Positions 28,195 to 37,542 of a DNA stretch of 64,000 nucleotides are shown piece after piece; the stretch's first letter is position 1, and each line of letters starts with the position of its first letter. Below the pieces are notes generated by a model that saw nothing but the letters and a program-made list of their open reading frames with translations, searched no databases and was not told the DNA's origin. The stretch is from a virus. Lineage: Duplodnaviria > Caudoviricetes. The DNA lies in IMG/VR virus record IMGVR_UViG_3300005841_000939; one strand, written 5' to 3'. Both the position numbers and the translations under genes were made by a program.

Positions 28195-28965
28195 ATGGAG
28201 CTTCCACTACACCCAATCACTAAGCGTTTTTACGGCAACTGGACTGTTCATGGTCCTGATGGCGTATTTATGTTCAAATGTGATGCCAAAAAAGCAAAAT
28301 GGTATCTTAGTCGGAATTTAGCAGCCGATATGGGTGGCAATATTATTCAATTGAATTTTACTCCTAAGGGAAGTGGAAAAGTTGAGGCATGCCCATACTT
28401 CCAGGAATTTAGAGAAAATCAATGTGTAGTGTGCGGGGCTAAGGAAGACCTGACTCGCCATCACGTAGTTCCTAAAGCCTTCCGTTCACATATGCTGGAC
28501 CTAGCATCACATGATTCATATGATGTCTTGATGGTTTGTATCAATTGCCATGAAAAGGTGGAGCATACATACACTGATCAGAAAAAGATTTTGGCAAAGA
28601 GTATCAAGTGGGATCGTAAAAAGAAATCCGATGAAGATCGTAGAAAAGATCGGATTTCAAGCCTGATTGCTGGGTATCAGAAATACTCTTCGCAAATTCC
28701 TATGTACAAAAAAGCAGCGATGCTTGAGGAATTACATGCTTTGACTGGTGGGAAAATTGAATCCTTCAAAGATATTCTTGAAACAAAGAATGAAAAGTCA
28801 AGTTGGTATGATGATGACTTCCCTTACCAGGATATTTTAGCAGTTCAGCCTGATCGCAAACAATTTATTGTTATGTGGCGTAAGCTGTTTTTAGAAGCAG
28901 CAAAGCCTAAGTTTCTTAGTCAATCATGGATTGATTGTCACGAAACATATTTTATGGACTCTTGA
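28195..28965 (+). CDS. HNH-like Zn-binding nuclease-domain protein resembling the EXD2 C-terminal domain
   Basis: PDG..MF.CD.KKA.WYL, ENQCVVCG, HHVVP, HDSYDVLMVCINCH, WRKLFLEAAKPKFL. Confidence 0.7.
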   Translation: MELPLHPITKRFYGNWTVHGPDGVFMFKCDAKKAKWYLSRNLAADMGGNIIQLNFTPKGSGKVEACPYFQEFRENQCVVCGAKEDLTRHHVVPKAFRSHMLDLASHDSYDVLMVCINCHEKVEHTYTDQKKILAKSIKWDRKKKSDEDRRKDRISSLIAGYQKYSSQIPMYKKAAMLEELHALTGGKIESFKDILETKNEKSSWYDDDFPYQDILAVQPDRKQFIVMWRKLFLEAAKPKFLSQSWIDCHETYFMDS

Positions 28966-28989
28966 AATGAGCTAACGTTGCGATAGAAT
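28962..28989 (+). promoter_or_regulatory. Promoter-like TTGAAA-N16-TAGAAT
   Basis: Intergenic position. Confidence 0.5.
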
Positions 28990-28999
28990 CTGGCGCAAC

Positions 29000-29305
29000 A
29001 TGAAGTTTTCCATAAAAATACCATTAAATAATATAGGTTTAAGACAAATAGAAGTCGTTAATATTTTAGGTTATTATATAATCTTTAGAAGAAATTTCTT
29101 TGGCTTTTGGGTGTATGTAAGTGTCATTGATTTTGCAAAAATGGTATCATTTTTTGATGGTAATAATTTAGCAACAAAAGAAATATGCAGAGAAATGCAT
29201 CCTACGGAATGGGGTGCTTGGTTTTCTAGTGAAAAATCAGCAAGAACTACTGCAAGATACTGGATTAAATGGAAGCGCCTTACAAGAAAAGGAAAGAAAA
29301 AATGA
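29000..29305 (+). CDS. Hypothetical protein
   Basis: ORF coupled to next gene (ATGA). Confidence 0.6.
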   Translation: MKFSIKIPLNNIGLRQIEVVNILGYYIIFRRNFFGFWVYVSVIDFAKMVSFFDGNNLATKEICREMHPTEWGAWFSSEKSARTTARYWIKWKRLTRKGKKK

Positions 29306-29793
29306 ACAACACCATGATAGAAACAAAAGAAAATTCCCAAATACAACTTGGTAGAATAGAAAAACCAACAACAATTATTCAATTTACAACAGAAACACTT
29401 ACACCAAAATTTTTCCATTATGTAAAAGATGCAACTAGATTGCATGCATATGAATGTGTTAATACAAAGTGCTATTTGTGTGATAAAGCTAAAGAATTAA
29501 TTCGGTCGCAAAACTATATTGAACGTGATGAAGGTAAAATGCTTTTTAGAAAAGCAACAACCTACGCTGATGTAAAAATTGATGGCAAGTTGATTAAACT
29601 TCGCATACCTAATCCAATTGTTAGGCTGATTGATAAAACTTTAATCAGAAATGATTACAATAAGTTTAGAAAGACTTTATTGAATAAAAAGAAATTTGTT
29701 ATTCTTATGGATCGTTCTCATGGCCCATATCCTGAATATACTGGATATTTCTTAAACCGTGATGGTACTAGATTCAAAGGTCGTTCAGAATGA
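29302..29793 (+). CDS. Hypothetical protein, possibly gp32/SSB-like Zn-binding OB-fold fragment
   Basis: H...C....CYLC and G.YPEY pattern; weak resemblance only. Confidence 0.3.
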   Translation: MNNTMIETKENSQIQLGRIEKPTTIIQFTTETLTPKFFHYVKDATRLHAYECVNTKCYLCDKAKELIRSQNYIERDEGKMLFRKATTYADVKIDGKLIKLRIPNPIVRLIDKTLIRNDYNKFRKTLLNKKKFVILMDRSHGPYPEYTGYFLNRDGTRFKGRSE

Positions 29794-30188
29794 AACAAGT
29801 CTACATAGTTCGTAAAGATTTGAATATGCGCAAGGGAAAAATTGCTGCGCAATGTTCACATGCCGCAGAAAATGTTTTGACTAGTTCAATGACTATAACA
29901 ACTGATGAAAATGGTAATTCATTTTACATTCAGAAGATACCATTAAGTCCTCAACGTGTTGAATGGTCTAAAGATAATACCAAGAAAAAGATCACAGTTT
30001 CAGTAGATTCAGAAGCTGAAATGGATGCAATTCGTCAAAAGGCTGCTGATCTTGGTATGGAACATTATCAAGTTATTGATCACGGTTTGACTGAATTTCA
30101 TGGGGTTCATACCAAAACAGTCTTAGTAATTGGACCTTGGGATGATGCTGTTGTTGATACATTAACTGGACATTTACCTTTATTATGA
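29790..30188 (+). CDS. pth2: Peptidyl-tRNA hydrolase type 2 (PTH2)
   Basis: KQVYIVRKDLNMRKGKIAAQCSHA, KITV, VIDHGLTE, TVLVIGP, TGHLPLL. Confidence 0.92.
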   Translation: MKQVYIVRKDLNMRKGKIAAQCSHAAENVLTSSMTITTDENGNSFYIQKIPLSPQRVEWSKDNTKKKITVSVDSEAEMDAIRQKAADLGMEHYQVIDHGLTEFHGVHTKTVLVIGPWDDAVVDTLTGHLPLL

Positions 30189-30454
30189 ATAATATTGATT
30201 ACTCTAAATTAAAAAATGAACCTATATTAGCAGTTAAATGCGATATTTGTGGGCAGTTGCATGAAGCTGAAAGTAATAAATTCGTAACAATACATGGAAA
30301 TATTACTGTTGGGCTTGGTGGTGGTATTATTGGAAATAATTTTGATAAAGACGGGCATTTATTCAGACAATTTATTTTCTGTGATACAAGAGATTGCATG
30401 CAAAAATTTATTGATAAAATTAATTTATCAAAACACGATTTTGAAGATAATTAA
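30185..30454 (+). CDS. Hypothetical protein (CxxC, possible Zn ribbon)
   Basis: CDICG...FC....C; operonic. Confidence 0.6.
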   Translation: MNNIDYSKLKNEPILAVKCDICGQLHEAESNKFVTIHGNITVGLGGGIIGNNFDKDGHLFRQFIFCDTRDCMQKFIDKINLSKHDFEDN

Positions 30455-30940
30455 ATGAGAAAAGATTATAAAATTTATAGTGTGGATACTCAGAATAAAT
30501 GTACAAAATGCATTGATGATACATTCTTTCCTTATGATAACAGTGTTGTTTGTATTCATTGTAAAAATACTAGAATTGAACCTGTACATCCATTTAAATT
30601 TATAAGAGTTCAACATCACGGTAAAACGCTTGATGCGACTTTTGAAACATTTACTAACAATGATGATAAATTTTTAGTAAGATTTTCTGGTAATGATGGT
30701 ACACATTTGATTGGCAGTTATGCTGATTGGTTTTATTATGTCGGAGAGAATTCAGTTGAAATTCAAGGAATACGTTGGCGAGTAATAAAAGTTTTTGGTC
30801 AAACAACTGAGTTTAAATATCGCAGAAGACAACTTTTAAGGTCACGAATAGTAGAATTGGAACAAAAAATATCAGAAACATATAACGAATTGAGTTTTTT
30901 CAAAGATGCGTTTAACAGATTAGAAAAATCATTTAAATAA
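30455..30940 (+). CDS. Hypothetical protein (N-terminal CxxC...CxxC)
   Basis: Operonic ORF. Confidence 0.65.
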   Translation: MRKDYKIYSVDTQNKCTKCIDDTFFPYDNSVVCIHCKNTRIEPVHPFKFIRVQHHGKTLDATFETFTNNDDKFLVRFSGNDGTHLIGSYADWFYYVGENSVEIQGIRWRVIKVFGQTTEFKYRRRQLLRSRIVELEQKISETYNELSFFKDAFNRLEKSFK

Positions 30941-30948
30941 GAATACAC

Positions 30949-31194
30949 ATGATAAAAAAGATGTTAATAATTGAATGGCCCTATATTAAAAACACAGAGC
31001 TTAAAGAATTGATAAGCGAGCAATGCGAAGAATCATCTAATGGTAGTTTTCATAGACTATATTTTGATGATTCAAATGCCCAAATTGCAAATCTTTTAAA
31101 AGAAGAATATCCTGATCACGCTGATGCATTTCCAATAAGTGAAGAAGATCAGAAAGATGATGCATTAGAAGTTGCTGTTCATTTTTGGTGGTAA
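30949..31194 (+). CDS. Hypothetical protein
   Basis: Operonic ORF. Confidence 0.6.
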   Translation: MIKKMLIIEWPYIKNTELKELISEQCEESSNGSFHRLYFDDSNAQIANLLKEEYPDHADAFPISEEDQKDDALEVAVHFWW

Positions 31195-31446
31195 ATGATA
31201 ATTCAATTTAAACAAGAAGGAAAAAAGAATTCAGTTTCAATAAATTTTAAAACTTTACGTTGCAAATGGCACACTGATAATTTAAGATATGTTGCTGAAA
31301 CAAATGGTAATGTTTTAGGATTTGTTGACGATTTGCTTGATTTGATTGTCTCTGATTATAAACTGGAGTTCAATTTACCAGCAACAGATGAACAAATTGC
31401 TAAAATTCGTCAAGAAATAATAAATTTTTATAGTGAGAATATATGA
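31195..31446 (+). CDS. Hypothetical protein
   Basis: Abuts the previous stop. Confidence 0.6.
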   Translation: MIIQFKQEGKKNSVSINFKTLRCKWHTDNLRYVAETNGNVLGFVDDLLDLIVSDYKLEFNLPATDEQIAKIRQEIINFYSENI

Positions 31447-31817
31447 AAATAGGATATTTTAATTCAATTATTCGCTATTGCCCAACTGAAGGTAAAGAAA
31501 AAGAATTCATAGAAATTATGAATTCTGAATTTTTAATTATTGGAAACATGGCATCTTCCAGAAATTTTGCATTAGGTGATGAAATTTCTGAATTTTTATC
31601 AGAGCATGGACCGTTTGGTGATTATATATTGCAAGATGTTATAAAAAATAAAGATAAAGAAATTTATTTTAGTTTTTCAGGATCAATTGTATATGAAACT
31701 CATAGGACATGGGATGACATTTTAGAAGCAGAAATATATGTTGAAGACGACAAATATGAATTATTATCTGATAAAGAAACTCAAGACTTTTTGCATTTTT
31801 TAAATTCTGAGGGATAA
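31443..31817 (+). CDS. Hypothetical protein
   Basis: ATGA-coupled ORF. Confidence 0.65.
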   Translation: MKIGYFNSIIRYCPTEGKEKEFIEIMNSEFLIIGNMASSRNFALGDEISEFLSEHGPFGDYILQDVIKNKDKEIYFSFSGSIVYETHRTWDDILEAEIYVEDDKYELLSDKETQDFLHFLNSEG

Positions 31818-31829
31818 AACGAAAATTAG

Positions 31830-31857
31830 TTGTAGTGATAGTTTTTAATAATAAAAT
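31830..31857 (+). promoter_or_regulatory. Promoter-like TTGTAG-N16-TAAAAT
   Basis: Intergenic gap. Confidence 0.4.
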
Positions 31858-31889
31858 ATTATCATTAACCACTGTTATAAGAATTAAAA

Positions 31890-32267
31890 ATGACAAAAGT
31901 CACTAAAACAGCTAAACCCACAAGAAAATATCTAATCACGTATTCTGATAATTGGGCAGATGAAATGGATATAGAGGGATTTGGAATATGTGAATCGGAT
32001 TCCAAACTTAATATTGATGAATATCTCAGTGATTTTAAACACGGTTTCAAAATTGCTGGTAGTTTTATATATTGTATAGGAACTAATGAAGAAATTGAAT
32101 ATGATTCTTTTGAAGATTTTAAATCAAAGTTTACTATCAAAGAAATTACAGATGAACAGTATAAAGTTTTATATAAATTAAACATCCCAACGGGGTTCTT
32201 TCCTGAACCAAGGGATGAGTGGTATGATGATAATGAAAACCTACTTGATAAGTTGGAGGAATACTAA
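31890..32267 (+). CDS. Hypothetical protein, DNWADEM family paralog 1
   Basis: YLITYSDNWADEMDIEG...IGTNEEIEYDSFEDF. Confidence 0.8.
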   Translation: MTKVTKTAKPTRKYLITYSDNWADEMDIEGFGICESDSKLNIDEYLSDFKHGFKIAGSFIYCIGTNEEIEYDSFEDFKSKFTIKEITDEQYKVLYKLNIPTGFFPEPRDEWYDDNENLLDKLEEY

Positions 32268-32566
32268 TGTCAGACGAAACTAAATATTTAGTGATATATG
32301 CCGATAATTGGGCAGATGAAATGGATGTTGAAGGTTCTAGGATTTTTGAATCAAAAACTGAATTGGATAAATACTTTGATGAATTTAAAAAGCAAATAGA
32401 AGATGAAGGATATAGTTTTGGTATAGGTACAAATGAAGAAATTGAATATGATACATTTTCAGATTTTGAAAGGGCATTTTCTATTCATCCTATTACAGAT
32501 GAAGAAATTAAAGTGTTGGAAAAGTTTGGATTTGAATCAAGCGGACAGTTCCCTGAAGTATGGTAA
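32267..32566 (+). CDS. Hypothetical protein, DNWADEM family paralog 2
   Basis: YLVIYADNWADEMDVEG...IGTNEEIEYDTFSDF. Confidence 0.8.
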   Translation: MSDETKYLVIYADNWADEMDVEGSRIFESKTELDKYFDEFKKQIEDEGYSFGIGTNEEIEYDTFSDFERAFSIHPITDEEIKVLEKFGFESSGQFPEVW

Positions 32567-32922
32567 TTATGAATACATCATTTTTCTCAGTATTGTTAGA
32601 AGAACTTGAAAAATCAATTTTAGCTGATAGCTTTAATATGCAGTCAGAGATCCTAGTTACATCTAGTCCTGCAATTATTGCTGCATTTCAAACGTTAGAA
32701 TCATTTAAAATTTCAGATAATCCATATCCAATCAATGAAGATGATCCAAATTATTTTTATCCAATAATTGGCACTATTGGACAATTTATATTATCTAGGG
32801 ATAATATATCTCTTAAAAATTATATGGCATATTTAAAACAAGATGGAACACGACGAATTATTTTTGTTGATTGGAATTTTGATATTATGAACCCAACAGA
32901 TCCAAAGTTTACGTACCAATGA
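32560..32922 (+). CDS. Hypothetical protein
   Basis: Operonic ORF. Confidence 0.6.
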   Translation: MVIMNTSFFSVLLEELEKSILADSFNMQSEILVTSSPAIIAAFQTLESFKISDNPYPINEDDPNYFYPIIGTIGQFILSRDNISLKNYMAYLKQDGTRRIIFVDWNFDIMNPTDPKFTYQ

Positions 32923-33437
32923 AACCTATTATTTTTTTAGATATGGATGGCGTTGTTGCTGACTATGTAAGTGCTGCATTACTCGCTTTGAAATTAGACT
33001 TGAATACTCCAGTTACTACTATGGATATGGCTGAATGTTTGGGTATTACCAAAAAAGAATTTTATGAACCTCAAGTAGCTGATATTGATTTTTGGATAAA
33101 TATTAATCCTTATCCATGGACTCAAGAATTAGTAGCTTTAGCTCAAGAAGTTGGTGAAGTTTATATTTCTACTGCACCTAGTCGTCATCGTGGAGTTGGT
33201 GATAAAATTGAATGGTGTAGAAGACATTTGGGAAAATGGACTCAGGGAAGAGTCATGGTAGGTAAACCAAAATTCTTATTGGCTGGTCCAGGAAGAACAT
33301 TAGTTGATGATCATCCAGATAATTGCGAAGCATTCATTAAATGGGGCGGAAAATCAATTCTATTCCCTAGACCATGGAATGCTGATAAGAATCCAAATCC
33401 TGACTGGCGTTCGGCTATTAAAGATATTGGTGTTTAA
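32919..33437 (+). CDS. HAD-family 5'(3')-deoxyribonucleotidase (NT5C-like)
   Basis: FLDMDGVVAD, ISTAP, DKIEW, LVDD. Confidence 0.85.
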   Translation: MKPIIFLDMDGVVADYVSAALLALKLDLNTPVTTMDMAECLGITKKEFYEPQVADIDFWININPYPWTQELVALAQEVGEVYISTAPSRHRGVGDKIEWCRRHLGKWTQGRVMVGKPKFLLAGPGRTLVDDHPDNCEAFIKWGGKSILFPRPWNADKNPNPDWRSAIKDIGV

Positions 33438-33694
33438 TGGATAAAAAACTTATAAATTTTTATACCATTTTTGATGGAGGTATGGTATATAGTCTCGCAC
33501 AGTATGAGTTACCTAAATTTAGAATTGTAAAAATAAATGATAAAATATTTACACATAGGATTGAGGCAAGCGATTCATTTGGATTTAATCATATGTATCA
33601 TGGTTGGACAGATAAAAAATTAGCTAATAAATATATTAAAATTTTTCAAAAAGAAAAAGATAAGGAGTATGAACGTTTGTATGGGAAAGTGTAA
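33437..33694 (+). CDS. Hypothetical protein
   Basis: TAATG-coupled ORF. Confidence 0.6.
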   Translation: MDKKLINFYTIFDGGMVYSLAQYELPKFRIVKINDKIFTHRIEASDSFGFNHMYHGWTDKKLANKYIKIFQKEKDKEYERLYGKV

Positions 33695-33805
33695 TGGAGA
33701 GGTGCCAATATATCTTTGGAATTTAGCAAAGAACTTCCCCATGCGTTCAGATTAAACTCCTGGACAATATTTTAAAAGATTGGATAATATTAGAAGGAAA
33801 TTGCA

Positions 33806-34081
33806 ATGAATAAACAATTTAAATATAAAGGAAAATCATATCCAACTATTGAAGATATGATGTTTGCACAAATGAAAGATATTTGTAAACAAAAAGTTAA
33901 ACATGCTGATTCCATTATAATGAAAAAATTAAACATAACTGCGAATTCAATAAATCCTTTAGATACTAAATATTCTGTTGATTTTAATGGTCTAAATAAA
34001 CCATTAAATATAAAAAGCATCATACCTCAAAAGTTAATGACAACCAATTTAATAAATGAACATACAAAATTAATAAAATGA
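33806..34081 (+). CDS. Hypothetical protein
   Basis: AAGGA RBS; coupled to next gene. Confidence 0.6.
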   Translation: MNKQFKYKGKSYPTIEDMMFAQMKDICKQKVKHADSIIMKKLNITANSINPLDTKYSVDFNGLNKPLNIKSIIPQKLMTTNLINEHTKLIK

Positions 34082-34647
34082 TTCTCGGCTACCCATCAAT
34101 GATTTCTGAAGAAGAACTTGAAATAGACAACACAGGTTATTTAGTGCAACGGCCGAGTGCGACTAATTGCGCAGTTATATCCTTGTTTAATGCATTAATT
34201 TATTATAAAAAATTTGACTTACTAAATAGAAATAATATAGAAAAATATATTGCTGATAAATTCCCACCACTGGGAAATAATGGTGAATATACCACTCAAC
34301 AACTTTTTCTCATTGCTGATTATTTGGGATTGAAATTAAACACATATTGCAATGAAATAAAAATTACTATTGAAGATTTACGTATACCGTTGATAGTAAC
34401 AACAACATATACTTATCTGGATTATTTTAATGCTAAGAACATGATTAATCCATCATATTTAGTTAAACGAGAACTAACTACTATCTATTCACCTTTAGAA
34501 AAGAACCATCATTCATTTTTTGTAAGTTCTATAAAAAAACATAAAAAATCTACATTATGGCTTACTTCAAATTTTTTCCCAGGCACTGTATGGGTTAATA
34601 AAAATATTTGTAGAGGCATAACTTATTTCAAGGTTGATTTAAAATGA
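34078..34647 (+). CDS. Hypothetical protein, possible C39-like cysteine peptidase fold
   Basis: Q....NCAVISLFNAL and a downstream HH; weak. Confidence 0.35.
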   Translation: MILGYPSMISEEELEIDNTGYLVQRPSATNCAVISLFNALIYYKKFDLLNRNNIEKYIADKFPPLGNNGEYTTQQLFLIADYLGLKLNTYCNEIKITIEDLRIPLIVTTTYTYLDYFNAKNMINPSYLVKRELTTIYSPLEKNHHSFFVSSIKKHKKSTLWLTSNFFPGTVWVNKNICRGITYFKVDLK

Positions 34648-34714
34648 GCGTTTATGAAGAAATAAAAACTTTGGTAGCAGATATTAGTCAGGACGAAATG
34701 TGTGAGAGGTTAAT

Positions 34715-34880
34715 ATGTCAGTTAATTTATATGAATACATGAAGTGTCAGAATAAATTAATGATATTTCATTTAACTTATCCTGATATGGTGCATCCCTG
34801 CTGAGTATGATTTGTTAGATGTAATGGACGAACTTTTGAATAAATTGACTGAAGAAGAAATACAAAATGAAATTTACTAA
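34715..34880 (+). pseudogene. Small ORF broken by an apparent +1 C insertion (or assembly error)
   Basis: GAGAGG RBS and ATG 34715. Removing one C of CCC 34796-98 gives MSVNLYEY...HPAEYDLLDVMDELL...EIY. Confidence 0.35.
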
Positions 34881-34901
34881 TGATACCGAAAGAAAAATAT
34901 T

Positions 34902-35888
34902 ATGATTCCAGGCACAACAACCTTCCTATCAGAAGCAGAACAAAAGATAATTTCACAATATCGTAAAGAAAAGCAACATGAGGAATACAAATATCTTAAT
35001 CTTCTTGAAAAAATTCTAAATGAAGGTGTTGAAAAAGGTGATCGTACAGGAACTGGCACCAAGTCTATATATGGCACTCAACTCAAGTTTGATCTTTCAA
35101 AGTCATTCCCAATTCTTACCACAAAGAAAGTCTTTTGGAAAGGTGTTGTTGAAGAATTGTTATGGTTTATTCGTGGCGAAACTGATTCAAATCTTCTTGC
35201 TCAAAAAGGTGTAAAGATTTGGGAAGGTAATACTTCAAGAGAATTTTTAGACAAAAAGAATCTAAATTATCCTCAAGGTGAAATAGGACCAGGATACGGA
35301 TTTCAATGGCGCCATTGGGGGGCTGATTATGAAGGATCCAAATCATCACCAAAAGACAATCCAGAAAATTATTCTTGGCGTACATTAAAGTTGCAATTTG
35401 GTAATGGAATTGATCAGCTTCAACAAGTAGTCAATAAGATCATTTCAAATCCAACTGATAGACGTTTAATTGTTTCTGCTTGGAATGTAAAAGAAATTGA
35501 AAAAATGGCATTACCTCCATGCCATTTGCTTTTTCAATTTGATGTAACTGATGGGTATCTTAATTGCCAATGGTATCAAAGATCCTCGGATGTTTTTTTG
35601 GGAAGTCCATTTAATATTAGTAGTTATGCACTATTGACATATTTGATTTCCAAAATTACTAATTTGAAACCAGGAACATTAACGTATACAAGTGGTGATA
35701 CTCATTTGTATTTGAATCATATTGATCAAGCAAAAGAACAAATTAAACGTGAACCATACCCTTTCCCACAACTTAATATCAAGAAAGATATTAAATCTTT
35801 ACAAGATATTGAAGCATTAACACTTCAAGATTTAGAATTGGTTGGTTATCAGTCGCATGCAACTATTAAAGCAACCATGGCGGTCTAA
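34902..35888 (+). CDS. thyA: Thymidylate synthase
   Basis: DRTGTGT, ELLWFIRG, GPGYGFQWR, MALPPCH, YQRSSDVFLGSPFN (Asn typical of dUMP-specific enzymes). Confidence 0.97.
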   Translation: MIPGTTTFLSEAEQKIISQYRKEKQHEEYKYLNLLEKILNEGVEKGDRTGTGTKSIYGTQLKFDLSKSFPILTTKKVFWKGVVEELLWFIRGETDSNLLAQKGVKIWEGNTSREFLDKKNLNYPQGEIGPGYGFQWRHWGADYEGSKSSPKDNPENYSWRTLKLQFGNGIDQLQQVVNKIISNPTDRRLIVSAWNVKEIEKMALPPCHLLFQFDVTDGYLNCQWYQRSSDVFLGSPFNISSYALLTYLISKITNLKPGTLTYTSGDTHLYLNHIDQAKEQIKREPYPFPQLNIKKDIKSLQDIEALTLQDLELVGYQSHATIKATMAV

Positions 35889-36743
35889 ATGCTCAAAGTA
35901 ATTCCAGTTTTTTATACATCTAAAATGGTTTCTGATTCAGGATCATTTTCACCTAGTTCAGCAAAGCCAGCTAAAGTGGTTGAATCATGGAAAAATCAAT
36001 TTCCTATTCAAATTATAGAACCAACACCTGTAACTGTTGATGATTACTGCAAAGCCCATGATAGAGATTTCGTAGAAGGAATCCTATCTTGTAAAGAAAA
36101 TAATGGTTTTGGAAACAAATCTAAAGAAGTTGCTGCTGCTTTACCATATACGACAGGCTCAATGTTTTGTGCAGCGTTACATGCTTTAGTATCAAAGAAA
36201 ATTGCAGTTTCTCCTACTTCTGGCTTCCATCATGCAGAATATGAAAAAGCAGAAGGATTCTGTACATTCAATGGTTTAATGGTTACTGCTTTTAAGTTAA
36301 AAGAATTGGGATTGATCAACACGATTGGTATTCTTGATCTAGATATGCATTATGGTAATGGGACCAATGATATTATCAGAAAATTTGATTGTTCTAATTG
36401 GGTTACTCATTTTACGGGTGGGCGATATTTTACCCATGCTTCACAAGCTCCTATGCTTTTTAATCATTTGCCAAATGTATTAGATGAAATGTCTAGTTGC
36501 GATTTAGTGCTTTATCAAGCTGGCGCAGATCCGCATATTAATGATCCTCATGGTGGTTTATTAACTACTGAACAATTGCAGCGCCGTGATCGTATGGTAT
36601 TTCAAACTTTAACTGACAAAAAAGTTCCTATTGCATGGAATCTTGCTGGTGGTTATCAAATTGAAAAAGATGGATCAATTCCTAAAGTTTTAGAAATACA
36701 TGACAACACTATGAAGGAATGCGTAGCAGCATTTGCAAAATGA
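35889..36743 (+). CDS. Histone deacetylase-family (class I/II, AcuC/AphA-like) Zn deacetylase
   Basis: GFHHA, GFCTFN, DLDMHYGNG, QAGADP..NDP.GG, AGGY. Confidence 0.9.
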   Translation: MLKVIPVFYTSKMVSDSGSFSPSSAKPAKVVESWKNQFPIQIIEPTPVTVDDYCKAHDRDFVEGILSCKENNGFGNKSKEVAAALPYTTGSMFCAALHALVSKKIAVSPTSGFHHAEYEKAEGFCTFNGLMVTAFKLKELGLINTIGILDLDMHYGNGTNDIIRKFDCSNWVTHFTGGRYFTHASQAPMLFNHLPNVLDEMSSCDLVLYQAGADPHINDPHGGLLTTEQLQRRDRMVFQTLTDKKVPIAWNLAGGYQIEKDGSIPKVLEIHDNTMKECVAAFAK

Positions 36744-36802
36744 TACAAAATTATTAATCATAATTTAATCAAGTCTTAACAATATTTAGATAAATTGTAG
36801 TT

Positions 36803-37540
36803 ATGAAGACCCTATTCCTCTCTGATTTACACATTGGTACTGATAATTGCCAAACAGAGAAGATTCTTGATCTTCTCAAAACTTTTGGAACCGATACTGG
36901 TTATTCCTTAGATGCACTATATTTGGTTGGCGACATCATTGATTTCGTTGCTATGAGAAAACGAATTGGATGGAATAAACAACATACAACATTGGTACAA
37001 AAATTTCTTAGAATGAGTCGTAAAGGTGTAAAAATATTCTATATCATTGGAAATCATGATTATCATCTTGAATTCTTAGATGATAAAACGTTTGGCGATA
37101 TTCATATATTGGAACGTGATCAATATCAAGCATCATCAGGTGATACATTTTTGGTTCTACATGGTCATCAAGCTGACGGTTTTATTTTAAAGCATCCTTG
37201 GTTGTATTGGCTTGGCGATGGTGCTTATGAGATTTCAGTGTTCTTAAATAGAAATCTGAATCGTTTACGTTCTATATTTGGATTGGAATATTGGTCATTA
37301 TCTTTGTATTTAAAGTCAAAAGTCAAATCGGCATTATCATTTGTTAATAAAGTTGATGATTATCTCATTCGTTTAACTCAAGATTCCTATTGCCAAGGTG
37401 TAATATATGGGCATACTCATATGGCTAAAGATGAAGTAAAATATGGTTTCAGAATTATGAATACCGGATGTGGTACTGAATATGTCTCTTATATCCTTGA
37501 CGATGGCCAAGGAAATATAAAATTACATTACTGGAAATAA
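36803..37540 (+). CDS. Calcineurin-like metallophosphoesterase (UDP-2,3-diacylglucosamine hydrolase-like)
   Basis: SDLHIG, VGDIID, GNHD, LHG, GHTH. Confidence 0.85.
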   Translation: MKTLFLSDLHIGTDNCQTEKILDLLKTFGTDTGYSLDALYLVGDIIDFVAMRKRIGWNKQHTTLVQKFLRMSRKGVKIFYIIGNHDYHLEFLDDKTFGDIHILERDQYQASSGDTFLVLHGHQADGFILKHPWLYWLGDGAYEISVFLNRNLNRLRSIFGLEYWSLSLYLKSKVKSALSFVNKVDDYLIRLTQDSYCQGVIYGHTHMAKDEVKYGFRIMNTGCGTEYVSYILDDGQGNIKLHYWK

Positions 37541-37542
37541 TA

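Noticed and set aside
28195-28965. Mobile homing endonuclease
   Set aside because: Not inside or beside an interrupted conserved gene, no intron features, and the domain context is unlike typical homing HNH enzymes.
34902-35888. ThyA as a base-modifying hydroxymethylase, or as containing an intron or intein
   Set aside because: It has the dUMP-type Asn and an uninterrupted ORF, with only a short insertion. No intein motifs were seen in topoisomerase, primase or ligase either.
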